Origin: Felis catus
Taxonomy: Eukaryota
Direction of reading: 5' to 3'
Length of the DNA stretch: 64,000 nt
Assembly: GCF_018350175.1 (NCBI RefSeq)
Contig: NC_058368.1
Location: 13,206,001-13,270,000, forward strand
The notes under the pieces are model-generated. The model was not told the origin of the DNA. It did no database searches and was given only the letters and a program-made list of their open reading frames with translations. Made by a program: the position numbers and the translations under genes. Position 1 is the first letter of the stretch; every line of letters starts with the position of its first letter. Positions 50,860 to 63,709 of the stretch are shown in pieces.

Positions 50860-51085
50860 ACAGCCTGGCATAGAAGATTTGGAAATTAGAGCGACCTGAG
50901 TTTTAAATCTCGGTTGTAGCATCTACTGACTGTATGATATTGAGCAAATCATTTAAGATTTCTAGGCTTCCAATTCCCTAGCTGACAATCAGAATAATAA
51001 TATCTACTTTATAGGCTAGTTTTGAAAATTAAAAGAGATTTCAATACATAGCTAGTAGAAACTGTGGTACCTCAATAAATGTGTT
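50860..51085 (+). mobile_element. MIR
   Basis: 'gacctgagttttaaatctcgg...tatgatattgagcaaatcatttaa...aataatatctactttatagg'. Confidence 0.75.
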
Positions 51086-52144
51086 TGCTCTCTCTTCTCT
51101 TTTTTACATGCCTCAGTCCCATGAAGGGCAAAGGTGGCTAATAATATTGTTTTACCTATTTGCTAGAGGGTGGTAGACATAAAATAAAATTACATAGGTT
51201 GAAAAATGCTTTGAAAAATGTAAAGGTGTTTATAATGCAGATAACAGTATTTTCTATGGAGGAGATCTAAAGCTTTTTGAGGGAGAATTGTTTCCATTTT
51301 ATTTAATATTTTGGTTTCGATTTAAAACAAAATAAAAACACTTAAATGGTGCACGTGTCTGTGTATTCATTAAGTATTTATTAGTGATGGCACTAAATTA
51401 AAAGTTCCTGACTTAACAAATGCTGACGTTGCTATTCTGCTTTTGTGTATGTTTTCCATTTTTCTTTCTTGATGTGAATTTTCAAGAAACCTATAAATAC
51501 CCTACCCCTTCCCACTACACACACACAAAAGTATTTTTTATAGCCTCACTGCCTGTTTTAGTGGGGGTTAAAGTGTAAATGTATATCTCTTCTCATTTCT
51601 GAATTTGTGCAGGGTTAAGACAGTAAATAATGAAGAAAAATGGAAAATTAGACTTTTGGTTATGGCCAATTTGTTAAATAAAAATGACCCCATGTGTTTT
51701 TATTTGAATTTACATCATACCAGCAAGGGCTTAGCATTCATAAAGTCCTTTTATAATTTTTGGATCCTGTTAAGTGAGTACAGAATCTCACAAATGCAAA
51801 ATAATGATATTTTGAAAATTGAAAACCAAGGACTAAAAATTTCATTACCTCAATATATCACCTAATGTCAAAAAACATAATACAAGTTCTCCATCCGAGT
51901 AGGATTGTATTGACTGCGTGTACAGTTTGGTCTATTAGTATGCTCCATTATTTTGAATTTGTTAAATCCTTGAATAAAAATCTCTGTGTTAGCAGTTCCT
52001 GGCTAAATTATAAAAAGTAATAACGGCTGCATTATCACCTCCCAGGGAAAAGAAGATTTGTCACAATGAGTAATGAGTAATGTTCTTCCTACTGAGGTGC
52101 TATCAAGCACACTTTACACACCCCCTGCACCGGGCACTGATTTG

Positions 52145-52260
52145 ATTTTCTTTGCACAGTATATACATATAGATGTATACATATATACATATATACATCT
52201 ATATGTATATTCTGTGCAAAGAAAATATATGTATATATGTATACATCTATATGTATATAT
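52145..52260. repeat. Compound inverted repeat (two overlapping 34-35 bp fold-backs)
   Basis: 52145-52179 is the reverse complement of 52192-52226 (34/35); 52160-52193 is the reverse complement of 52226-52259 (34/34). Confidence 0.95.
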
Positions 52261-53221
52261 AGCTTCTGCTTAGACAAAGGACATGGTCAATGACTCCATT
52301 TACTAAGCTGAGTTTGGGGTCTGCGTGCCCTGCCAATCTATTAACAGTTAAACCTGTGGAGACATGCCTTACTCCAAGAATAGAGGCTGTGGTATTTTAC
52401 ATATGCAGTCTAATAGATATTATTATTCCTGTTTTACAGGTAGGAGATCAGAGGCATGTCAGAAGGGAAGGTACAGACCTGCAAATATTTTTAGATCTCT
52501 TACCTCCAAGGTGGGAAGAATGACCAGGAGAACCCTTGCTCCAGGCCTGTTACCTAGAGTGGATCCAGGGAAACAAAGGTCCTGTTGCCCACAGCCTGAC
52601 GTCTGAGCTGCTTCATAGAACATCATCTTTGGGCACCCTCCCAGTCTGGGTGAGTAATCTGGGTGATGCTACAAGGAGCTAAATCAAGAGTGTCCTGAAA
52701 TGGGGAGGCAAACATCATTTGCATTTCACCTAGGAAACTCTGCCAGGGTTCTCTCTGTGTGACTACCCTCGAGGCCTCTTGGAAGAAAGAAACTCAAGGA
52801 ATTTAAGACTGACGCTCAGGCCCAGGGACTGGGACACCAAGGTTAAGAATCCCTAAGAATCTCTCTCTCTCTCTCTTTAAAATTGTGGTAAGAACACTTA
52901 ACTTGCGATCTACACTCTTAATGAAATTCTAAGTGTACAATACTGTATTGTTAGCTATAAGCACAATGTTGTACAGCAGATCTCTAGAACTTATTCAACC
53001 TATATAATTGAAACTTTATACCCATTAGAAAGCAACTCCCCTTTTCCCCTTCCCCTAGCCCCTGACAACCACTATTCTACTCTGTTTCTATGAGTTTGAG
53101 TATCTCAGATACCTCATAAAAATGGAATCATGCAGTATTTGTTCCTATAAGCCTGGCTAATTTCACTTAGCATTATGCCTTCAAGATCCATAAACACTGT
53201 CACAAATGACAGGATTCTCTT

Positions 53222-53442
53222 TTTAAAAAAATGTTTTAATGTTTGCTTATTTTTGAGAGAGAGACAGAGACAGAGACAGAGTGTGAGTGGGGAGGAGCAG
53301 AGAGGGAGACACAGTATCTGAAGCAGGCCCCAGGCTCTGAGCTGTCAGCACAGAGCCCAACGCAGGGCTCTAACTGGTGAACTGTGAGATCTAACCTGAC
53401 CCGAAGTCAGACACTTAACTGACTGAGCCACCCAGGTGCCCC
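53222..53442 (-). mobile_element. CanSINE at an L1 deletion junction
   Basis: Full antisense body; no TSD visible. Confidence 0.95.
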
Positions 53443-53531
53443 TAACTTTTCTTCTAAGATTTTTAAAGGTTCAGCTATTATGTTTAAATATTTAATCCAC
53501 TTCAAGTTGATTTTGTAAGATAAGGGTAGAG

Positions 53532-53550
53532 TTTCTTTTTCTTTTCTTTT

Positions 53551-53603
<53 letters not shown>

Positions 53604-53618
53604 TTTCTTTCTTCTTTC
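53532..53618. repeat. (TTTC)n microsatellite
   Basis: Long pyrimidine tetranucleotide run. Confidence 0.97.
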
Positions 53619-54346
53619 GGTAGATAGATGTTTCCCAGCACCATTTGCTGAAGAGACTATTATTTTCCCATTGTGTATTCTTGGCACCCTTGATCAGTTG
53701 ACCATGTATGTGTGGTTTTATTTCTAAGTTCGTTGTTCTTTTCCATCAGTCTATATGTCTGTTTTTATGCCACTACCATGGTGATTTAATTACTGCATCT
53801 TTGTAGTGTATTTTGAAATCAGGAAGTGTGATGTCTCCAGCTTTGTTCTTCTTGCTCAAAATTGCTTTGGCTATTTGGAGTGATTTATAATTCCCCATGA
53901 ATTCTTTTATCTATTTCTGTAAAAAAAAATGGCATTGGGATTTTGATAGGATTGCACTGAATCTGTAGATCACTTTGGGTAGTATGAGCATTTTCACAAT
54001 ACTAATTCTTCCATTTCATGAACATGAAATATTTTTCAATTTAATTTTATCTTTTTAAGTGTCTTTCATTAATGTTAATGTTATGTAGTTTTTAGTGTAA
54101 AAGTCTTTTACATTCTTGGTTCACTGTTTTCCTAAGAATTTTATTCTTTTTGAAGCTATTGCAAATGGGATTGTTTTCTTAATTTCCTTTTCATATAGTT
54201 TATTGTTAATATGTAGAAACCAAATTGATTTTTGTGGGATTTTGTATACTTCACTGAATTATGAGTTCTAAGTTTTTTGTTGTTGTTGTTGTTGTTGTTG
54301 TTAAGGTTTTAGGCTCTTCCACCTATATGATCATGTTATTTATAAA

Positions 54347-54572
54347 TTTTTTAATGTTTATTTTTGAGAGAGAGAGAGAGAAAAAGAGAGAGAGAGAGAG
54401 AGAGGACGCTAGCTGGGGAGGGGCCGAGAGAGAGGGATACACAGAATCTGAAGCAGGTTCCAAGCTCTGAGCTGTCAGCACAGAGCCTGACACAGGGCTC
54501 AAACTCATGAACCATGAGATCATGACTTGAGCCAAAGTCAGACATTTAACTGACTGAACCACCCAGGTGCCC
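54347..54572 (-). mobile_element. CanSINE
   Basis: TSD ta(t/c)gatcatgttatttataaa at 54326-54346 and 54573-54593. Confidence 0.96.
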
Positions 54573-55216
54573 TACGATCATGTTATTTATAAACAGAGAT
54601 CATTTCAATTCCTCTAGTCCAATTTTGATGCTTTCTTCTTTGTCTTGAACAAGTTCTCTAAGACTTGTAGTTCTATGTTAAATGTAAGTGGAAAGAATGG
54701 GCATCCTTGCCTCGTTCCTGATCTTAGAGGAAAACCTTTCAGCTTTTCACCATGATTGTGATATAAGCTGTGGGCTTTTCATATATGACTTTTATTATGT
54801 TGAGGTACATTATTATGTTGAGGTACAAACTATGAGGTACATAGTTTGTTGAGGGCTCTTATCATAGAAGGTTGTTAAATTTTTCAAATGCTTTTCCTGC
54901 ATATATTGAAATGATTTTTTTACCCTTCATTCTGTTAATGTAGTATATTGCATTAATTGATTTGTGTATGTCGACCCATCATTACATAGGAAGGTAAATT
55001 CTATTTGGTCATGCTTCAGGATGCTTTTAATGTGCTGCTGAATTTGGTTTGCTAGTATGTTACTGAGAACGTTTGTATTGATGTATATTAGGGATATTGT
55101 TTTGTCGTTTTCTCTTATAGTTTCTTTGGCTTTGGTATCAAGATAATTCTGGCTTAATAGAATTAATTTGGACGTCTTCCTTTTCAGTTTTTTGAAAGAA
55201 TTTATGTTAATCCTTT

Positions 55217-55428
55217 AAAAAAATTTTTTTAAGGTTTATCTCTTTTTGAGAGACAGAGACAGAGCACGAGCAGGGAAGGGACAGAGAGAGGGAGACACAG
55301 AATCCAAAGCAGGCTCCAGGCTCTGAGCTGTTAACACAGAGCCAGAGGTGGGGCTCAAACCCAGGAACAGTGAGATCATGACCTGAGCTGAAGTAGGATG
55401 CTTAACCTACCGAGCCACGCAGGCAACC
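55217..55428 (-). mobile_element. CanSINE
   Basis: Antisense body; TSD-like tgttaat(c/t)cttt on both sides. Confidence 0.95.
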
Positions 55429-55690
55429 ATGTGTTAATTCTTTTTTAAACACCTGGTTTGGGGCTTTTCTTTTGGGGGAAATTTTTCATTATTGATTCAA
55501 TCTCCTTAATAATCACTGGTCTATTCAGATTTTCTTTCTTCATGATTCAGTCTTCATAGGTTTATATATTTACAGGAATTTATCCATTTCTCCTAGGTTA
55601 TCCAAATTTAGCATATAATTGTTTATAATTGTCTTTTATGGTCCTTTATATTTTTGTGGCATCAATTGTAATGTCTCTTCTTTCATTTCT

Positions 55691-57021
55691 TTTTTTTTTA
55701 AATATAATTTATTGTCAAAATGGCTAACATACAGTGTAGAAAGTGTGCTCTTGGTTTTGGGGGTAGATTCCCATGATTCATCGCTTACATACAATACCCA
55801 GTGCTCATCCCAACAAGTGCCCTCCTCAATGCCCATCACCCACTTTCCCCTCTTCCCCACCCCCCACCCACCCTCAGTTTGCTCTCTGTATTCAAGAGTC
55901 TCTTATGGTTTGCCTCCCTCCCTCTCTTTTTGTAACTATTTTTTCCCCTTCCCTTTCCCCATGGTATTCTGTTAAGTTTCTCAAGATCCACATATGAGTG
56001 AAAACATATGATATCTGTCCTTCTCTGACTGACTTATTTCAGTCAGCATAATACCTTCCAGTTCCATCCATGCTGCTGCAAATAAATGACAGGATTTCAT
56101 TCTTTCTCATTGCCAAGTAGTATACCATTGTATGTATAAACCACATCTTCTTTATCCATTCATCAATTGATGGACATTTAGGCTCTTTCCATAATTTGGT
56201 TATTGTTGAAAGCACTGCTGTAAACATTGGGGTACATGTGCCCCTATGAATCAGCACTACTCAGCACTCCTGTATCCTTTAGACAAATTTCTAGTAGTGC
56301 TATTGCTGGGTCATAGGGCAAGAGGTGCAAGAGGGTTCAATAGTGCAAGAAGGTTTCCATTTCTCCGCATCCTCGCCAGCATCTGTTGTTTCCTGAGTTG
56401 TTAATTTTAGCCACTCTGACCAGTGTGCGGTGGTATCTCAGTGTGCTTTTGATTTGTATTTCCCAGATGGTGAGTGATGTTGAGCATCTTTTCATGTGTC
56501 TGTTGACCATCTGGATGTCTTCTTTGGAAAAGTGTCTATTCGTGTCTTCTGCCCAATTTGTTTTTCTGGTGTTGAGTTTGGTAAGTTCTTTATAGATTTT
56601 GGCTACTAACCCTCTATCCGATATGTCATTTGCAAATATCTTTTCCCATTCTGTCAGTTACCTTTTAGTTTTGTTGATTGTTTCCTTTGCAGTGCAGAAG
56701 GTTTTTATCTTGATGAGGTCCCAATAGTTCATTTTTGCTTTTATTTCCATTGCCTTCAGAGATATGTCGAGCAAGAAATTGCTGCAGCTGAGGTCAAAGA
56801 GGTTTTGATGGTTTCCTCTCTCAAATTTAGTTTTTTCATCCATTTTGAGTTTATTTTTGTGTATGGTGTAAGAAAGTGGTCTAGTTTCATTCTTTTGCAT
56901 GTTGCTGTCCAGTTCTCCTAGCACCATTGGCTAAAAAGACTGTCTTTTTCCATTGGATGATCTTTCCTGCTTTGTCAAAGATTAGTTGGCCATACATTTG
57001 TGGGTCCAATTCTGGGTTCTG
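55691..57021 (-). mobile_element. Younger carnivore L1 (5'-truncated, about 1.3 kb) inserted in the old L1
   Basis: T tail, 3'UTR, ORF2 C-terminal pieces (ORFs 56039-56257 and 56658-56927); perfect TSD tcttctttcatttct at 55676-55690 and 57022-57036. Confidence 0.96.
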
Positions 57022-57204
57022 TCTTCTTTCATTTCTAAATGTATTTATTCAAGTCTTCTTTTTTCTTTTTCTTAGTTGAGATAAAGGTTTATCTTTTCCA
57101 ATAACCAACTCTTACTTTCATTTATTTTTTTATTCTGTATTTCATTTACTTATTCCTCAATCTTTATAATTTTCTTCCTTCTACAAATGTTGGGCTTAGT
57201 TGTT

Positions 57205-57255
57205 TCTTCTTCTTCTTCTTCTTCTTCTTCTTCTTCTTCTTCTTTTTCTTCTTCT
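57205..57255. repeat. (TCT)n microsatellite
   Basis: Source of the poly-Ser run in ORF 57187-57387. Confidence 0.95.
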
Positions 57256-58967
57256 TTTAATACAGCAGTTTTCACTTTATATATACTATACTATATATAT
57301 ACTGCCTTCTTAGTATTCCTTTTGCTTCATCCCATGAGTTTTGGTATGTTGTGTTTTCAACTTCATTTGTTTTGTGGTATTTTCTAATTTCCTTTCTGAT
57401 TTCTTTGACCTATCGGTTGCTCAAGAGTGTGTTGTTTAATTTCCACATTTTCTTTTCTTATTAATTTCTAGTTGCATTCTATTGTAGCTAAAAAATAATA
57501 CTTGGTATTATTTTAATCTTCTAATATTTGATGAGACTTGTTTTGTGGACTAATATGTGATCTATTTTGAAGAATGTTCCATGTGCTCTTGAGATGAATG
57601 TGTATTTTTTGCTGCTGTTGGGTGGAATGTTCTGTATATGTCTACTAGGCCCCTTTGGTCTATAATGTTGCTCAGCTCCACTGTTTCCTTTTGATTCTGT
57701 TTGGATGTTTTATCCATGTTTGAAAGTGGGGCACTGAACTCTCCTATTATGAAATTGCTGCCTTTTCCTCTTGAGATCTGTCAATATTTGCTTTATATAT
57801 TTGGATGCTGTGATGTTGGATGCATATATATTTATAATTGTTAGCATTTGCATGGGAATATCTTTTTTCATCCCTTTACTTTCAGCCTATGTGTGTCCTT
57901 AAACCTAAAGTGAGTCTTTTATAGACAGCATATATTGAGATCTATATTTTAAATTTATTTATCTACTCTGTGTCTTTTGATTAGGGCATTTAATCCATTT
58001 ATATTTAAAGTAATTATTTATAAATAAGGACTTGATATTGCCGTTTTGTTAATTGCTGTCTACTTTTTGATTTATTTGGTCCTTTTTACTCATTTGCTGT
58101 CTTCTTTTGTGATTTGTTAATTTTCCTATAATAATATGCTTTGATTCTGTTTTTCTTTTGTGTGTCTTCTATAGGTATTTTCTTCATCGTTACTATAGAC
58201 TTATGTAGTTATAGTTATAACTGTCTATTTTAACTTGATAATACATTAACTTAAATCACATACAAAAACTCTACAGCTTTACCTATTTAACATTTTGTTA
58301 ATTGATACAATTCACTTCTTTTTATATCATGTATCCATTAACAAATAGTTACATTTATAGTTATTGTTAATATTTTTGTCCTTTAACTTTTATGGCATTA
58401 TTAAAAGTGATTTCTACACCATCATTGCAGTGTTACAAATCATGTATTTGTCTATATATTTATATTTACCAGTGAGTTTTATACTTTCATATGCTTTCAT
58501 GTTGCCATCTAGCTTCGTTTCACTTGGATTTGAAGGATTTTTTTTTTTTTTAGTGTTTCTTATAAAGCAGGTTTAAGGATGATGAACTTTCTGGGGAGGG
58601 AGAGTAGTCTGGAAAGTATCTTTCCTTTGCTTTTGAATGACAGTTTTGCTAGGTATAGTATTCTTGATTGACAGTTTTTTCCATTTAGCACTTTTAACAT
58701 GTAATCTTATTCCCTTCTGCCCTGTAAGGTTTTTGCTGATAAATCAGCTGATAGTATTATGGGGTCTTCTTGTATGTAACAAATCACTTTTTTGTTACTT
58801 CTTTCAAAATTCTTTTGTCTTCAACTTTTGACAATTGGATTATAGCTTGCTCCTATTCAGGATCCTTTGGTTTTCATTAACCTGAATGCCTATTTCCCTA
58901 CCCAGATTTGGAAGCTTTCAGCTATTAATACTTTAATTAGGCTTTCTGCCCCCAACTTGTTGTCTTT

Positions 58968-59182
58968 ATTTAAAAAATTTTTTTTTTAATGTTTATTTTT
59001 GAGAGAGAGACAGAGCATGAGCAGTAGAGGGGCAGAGAGAGAGGGAGACACAGAATCCAAAACAGGCTGTGGGCTCTGAGCTGTCAGCACAGAGCCCAAC
59101 ATGGGGCTTGAACTCGTCAACCACAAGATCATGACCTGAACTGAAGTCAGATGCTTAACTGACTGAGCCACCAGGACCACCC
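58968..59182 (-). mobile_element. CanSINE
   Basis: Antisense body; C-run at the head; ccc(c/a)caactt on both flanks. Confidence 0.95.
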
Positions 59183-59277
59183 CCCCCCCCCACAACTTCT
59201 TTTTCAAAGATTCTCATAATGCATATGTTAATTTACTTGATGGCATGCCATAGCTCCTTTATGCTTTCTTCATTCTT

Positions 59278-59329
<52 letters not shown>

Positions 59330-60624
59330 GCTCCTCTGACTGAATAATCTCAAATGACCTAAGTTCAAGTTTATTGATTCTTCTGCTTCATCATATCTGC
59401 TGTTGAAACCATCTAGTGAATTTTCAGCCTAGTTATTATGTTCTTCAATTCCAGGATTTCCCTTTGGTTCTTTTTTTATACTTTCTCTTTGCTGAGATTC
59501 TCATTTTGCTCATGTGTCATTTTCCTGATTTCAATTCATTGTCTGTGTCTTTTGTAACTAACTCAGCTTCTTTAAGATAATTACTTTGAATTATTTGTCA
59601 GGTTATTCATAAATGTTCATTTCTTTAAAGTTGGTTATTGGAGATTTATTGTGCTCCATTGTGTCATATTTCCATGATTCTTCTCGTTCCTTTTAGCTCT
59701 GAATTAGTGCTTGTGCATTTGAAGAAACTTCCACCTCTCCCAATATCTATGAGAGTGGCTTTGACTGCAAAAGACCTCAACAGCCAGTCTTGGCTGTTGT
59801 CTTGTTCTGAGAGCCTTTCCTAGTATTGTGTCTTCTCTGGACTTAGGCATGTAGATTCCTAACTAGAGTGGATTTACTGATTTCTTCTTTTTCAGGATTC
59901 TATAACCTCTTCCTCTTTCTAATGTCTGGCCATTGTACCATGTGCTGGGACATTGGAAGTGTGCACCTTTCCTTTCCCTTCTTTCCTATGGAGAAGACTT
60001 GAGTTCTGCACTTTCTCTCAATCTCACTAAACTGTACTGGATGCAGCAGATCATCCACCTCTTGTCCTTTGCTGTTAGTTGCACCCACCAAACTCTAAAA
60101 GTTCCATCAGTGCTGGAGGTGTGATGAGACAAAAACTCACCCTTTTGGCAACATACTGAAAATCAGGGACACTGGAAGCATGCTCCATTCTTTCATTCCC
60201 CCTGAGGGAGAAGTAATGTGCCTAGAAATGTGCCTTTTCACTGAGTTGAGCTTGACTGGGGGAAGGATAAAATCTTACATATTTTAATGCAGTCGTTTTT
60301 CTGTTTGGGGCCCATCTGGAGTACTGTGACTTTTTAAATGGATTCTTAGCTTTTCATAAAGATATTTTGGTCTGCATATCATTGTAAATCAATGGTTCTG
60401 TGTGTTAAATCAATAAATCAAGGTCTGAGATTTAGAATTATACCATCTGCTGACACAATTTTTAAGGTCAAGAATTTCAATCAAATAGAAGACACATAAT
60501 GATCTCCAACTCTTGGGGAGCATCTTATGTGGGCAGGAATTTTAAACTCTAGGTAAGAGTGGAGGGGTACTTCACTTCAACATCTCTGTCTAAGCTCTGA
60601 GAGGTCATGTTCCAAGTTGAAAAG

Positions 60625-60626
60625 GA

Positions 60627-60662
<36 letters not shown>

Positions 60663-60664
60663 AA
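60625..60664. repeat. (GAAA)n microsatellite
   Basis: About 10 units. Confidence 0.96.
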
Positions 60665-61474
60665 AGAGGAAAGTGGAAATGCCAGGCCTTGTTTTATAAA
60701 GTGAAACAAAAGAAATGTAAAAACCAATGTGGATGGAGAACTTTCCCATATCACTTTACAATAAACATTTTTAAGTCTTAGACAATAAAAATAGGTTTGA
60801 CTCAACATATGAGTGGTGGAGGAGGCACTTGCCATTTAAGGGAAGAAGAGCAAGGCCAGATATTTGGCACCAGCAGAGAAGATTTAATGACCATTGTGGG
60901 AAGCCTCAGCAAATGGAGGCCTTGGACCTGCTGTCACGTAATGCCAGGATAGTCAGATATCACTGGGCCATGAATGCATGATCATTCTTCCCAGATTTTC
61001 TGTCTTGAACTACATTTTGTAACCACCTTATTAGGTGCCCTGATCACAAATGCTCTTCTCCTCCTTCCATCACTGATGTGACCTAAAATCTAAGCCCTCT
61101 GTAGATGCCTGCATGTGAGCCTCTTGGGAAATGCAGAGCCAGAATTATATTCAGCAAGAGAGCTGTCCAAAATTGTAGTTTGTCACCTACAGAACTCTGA
61201 CTAATAAACACATTTCATGCACCACTTCAGGCAAACTTCTGTCATACATCCATGGTCATAGCTACATGGTCAGCCAAGGCACTACTCCAAACATGTCCAC
61301 ATTAGTCACCAAAAGCTGTCACATGAGAAAACAACAATTGGTGGCTTTACAAGTCTTTACGGAAAAACCTGTCAATAATGATCTTTATTCTCTAAACCCT
61401 AGAGCACAAATAAAACCTATCATATATAACTCGGCCTTTAATCATGTTATATCTAGTAGATAAACAACATAATA

Positions 61475-61703
61475 TCTGACTTTGGAGTCAGATAGAACTG
61501 GATTTGAATTTTATTTGTACCATTTGGTGTGTGACCTTGGATAAGTTTCTCAAACTTTGCATCTCTAGTTAATAACTACACAATAAGGTAGAATGCACAT
61601 TTAGTGAAATACTATATAGTAAGAACCTAGCTGAATGTTTGACATATGATAGGAACTCAAACAATATTGATGATGATGATGATGATGATAATGATAATGA
61701 TGA
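61475..61703 (+). mobile_element. MIR followed by (GAT)n/(GATAAT)n
   Basis: 'gactttggagtcagatagaactggatttgaat...tgtgtgaccttggataagtttc'. Confidence 0.8.
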
Positions 61704-61849
61704 TCTGTTACTTTCTCCCATCTTGACTGTAAACACCTAGAGGGAAACATCATTTTTTATGACCATCACAGTATCAGGAACAACATTACTGTTCAACTTG
61801 TAACCGAACATGTTACTCCTGAAATATTGCTCCTGAAATATTAACTCTC

Positions 61850-63060
61850 ATTGAAAGTAATCAGGACTTCTGGAGAAATGGATGATTTCAAGTTTGGGGC
61901 AGGAAATATGCAACATAATCCTGGAACATATTTTCATAATATACAACAAAGAATCCAAGAACAACTACTAGAGTTGTGCCTAAAAGACTCAAAAGCAAAT
62001 TCAAAGAGGTTCATACTAGTCAAAGATGTGACAATTTGAGCTTTCAAATGGATTATAACTGTAATAGAAACTCATCAAATATGTTTAAATATATTACAAG
62101 TATGTTTAAATAAATAATAATCCATGAGTAGCTTAAAAATCTACTTATTCTATTTGTAATATTTAAGGGAACAAATTCTTCAATTTTGGTAAATAAGAGA
62201 CAGGAATTAAGCATTTATCCTACACTTCCAATATAAACTGTTTCTTTTTTTTTTAAGTTTATTTATTTTTGAGACAGAGAGAGACAGAACATGAATGGGG
62301 GAGGGGCAGAGAGAGAGGGAGACACAGAATTGGAAGCAGGCTCCAGGCTCTGAGCCATCAGCCCAGAGCCCGATGAGGGGCTCAAACTCACGGACCGCGA
62401 GATCGTGACCTGAGCTGAAGTCGGACGCTTAACCGACTGAGCCACCCAGGCACCCCTAATATAAACTGTTTCATTGGGTGACAAAATGGTAAGGGATGGA
62501 AGTGGGCCAAGTTTCTCTTCATAGAATTATTACAGCTAATAAAGAAGAGGAAGGATGGAATATCACTGTGCACCCACTAGTGAATTGATTGAGCTCCATA
62601 GAAGCTGACATCATGAAAAAAGTGACAACCAGATTATGGAAGAAATAATTCTATCTATGATGTAGTCTTGCCTCCAGATGGAAGGATACAATACCATCTG
62701 TGAAATAGTCTTGCCAACAATATTGCACCTAGATTTGATAACTGCCAACTTTAAGAAAATATAGAGAATAGATAACTGTATTGAACTATCACCAATAAAA
62801 ATACCTGTGATGAAATATAAGAAGCTCATGAAACTTGTGTTCTAGTGGAGGGAGATATCTTCAACACGTGCTCTCTGATGCTGCAGAAGGAGGTGTAGAA
62901 GCAATTGGGGGAAATCCAAGTGAGGTCAGTAGATTATATAGTAGCACTATATTAATTATAGTGATGTGATTTTGATCATTAACTGTGGATGTATAAGAAA
63001 ATGTCCATAATCTTAGAAAATGCACACTAAAGCATTTAAAAATAAAGAGGTATTATGAGT
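61850..63060 (+). mobile_element. Old L1 3' region (L1MC-like), interrupted by a SINE; probably resumes at ~63810-63950
   Basis: 'ggagaaatggatgatttcaagtttggggcaggaaatatgc', 'tcttagaaaatgcacactaaagcattt', 'tctttgtactaactttccaactttcctataattctgaaattatt'. Confidence 0.7.
62245..62457 (-). mobile_element. Young felid CanSINE
   Basis: Perfect TSD aatataaactgtttc at 62230-62244 and 62458-62472. Confidence 0.97.
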
Positions 63061-63065
63061 GTGAC

Positions 63066-63626
63066 ATAGTTGATTCTTGTTATTCACAGTATTTATGTTT
63101 TACAATGTTGTCAAAAACACTGAATTGGTGCATACTTAGCTATTGCTCCTAGAGGAAGTAGTGGGTTAGGTTTCTGTAAGTCCTGATCACAACGTTTTCA
63201 TCAACTGGTGAGTATATATTACATTAACATAAATATATATAATATAATATAATATAATATAATATAATATAATATAATATAAGTTATTATTAATTCATTA
63301 ATATTAAATAGTGCCAGGATGCCTGGGTGGCTCAGTCAGTTAAGTGTCTGACTCTTGATTTTAACTCTAGTCATGAACTCATGGTTTGTGGGATTGAGCC
63401 CTACATCAGGCTCTGTGATAACAGCATGGAGCTGCTTAGGATTCTCTCTCTCCCTTCCTCTCTGCCCCTACCCTGCTTGCTTGCGTGCATGCATGAGCTC
63501 TCTCTCTCTCTCTCAGAATAAATAAACTTAAAAAAAACAAACTTAAAAAAGATTAAATCATGCCAATGGCATTATAACTCATACCTGAATAAGTTTTTCT
63601 AGCACAAGTATTTTCTCCATAAAACA
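63066..63626. mobile_element. TcMar-Tigger-family element (MER82-like), split by a SINE and an (AATAT)n run
   Basis: 'agttgattcttgttattcacagt...aacactgaatt...ttgctcctagaggaa...gggttaggtttctg' and 'ataactcatacctgaa...gtattttctccataa'. Confidence 0.6.
63315..63550 (+). mobile_element. CanSINE
   Basis: 'gcctgggtggctcagtcagttaagtgtctgactcttgatt', (CT)n, A tail. Confidence 0.94.
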
Positions 63627-63676
63627 GAATTGTATATGTACATATTTATTACACGTGTATTACTGCTTTTCCTCTA

Positions 63677-63709
<33 letters not shown>

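Larger units (their letters stand above)
52878..60457 (-). mobile_element. Nearly full-length old L1 (L1MA9-like 3' end), decayed, hosting four CanSINEs and a younger L1
   Basis: 3' end 'gtacaatactgtattgttagctataagcacaatgttgtacagcagatctctagaacttattc'; antisense ORF2 motifs 53.5-58.2 kb; ORF1/5'UTR-like sequence to 'ccatctgctgacac' at ~60455. Confidence 0.88.
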
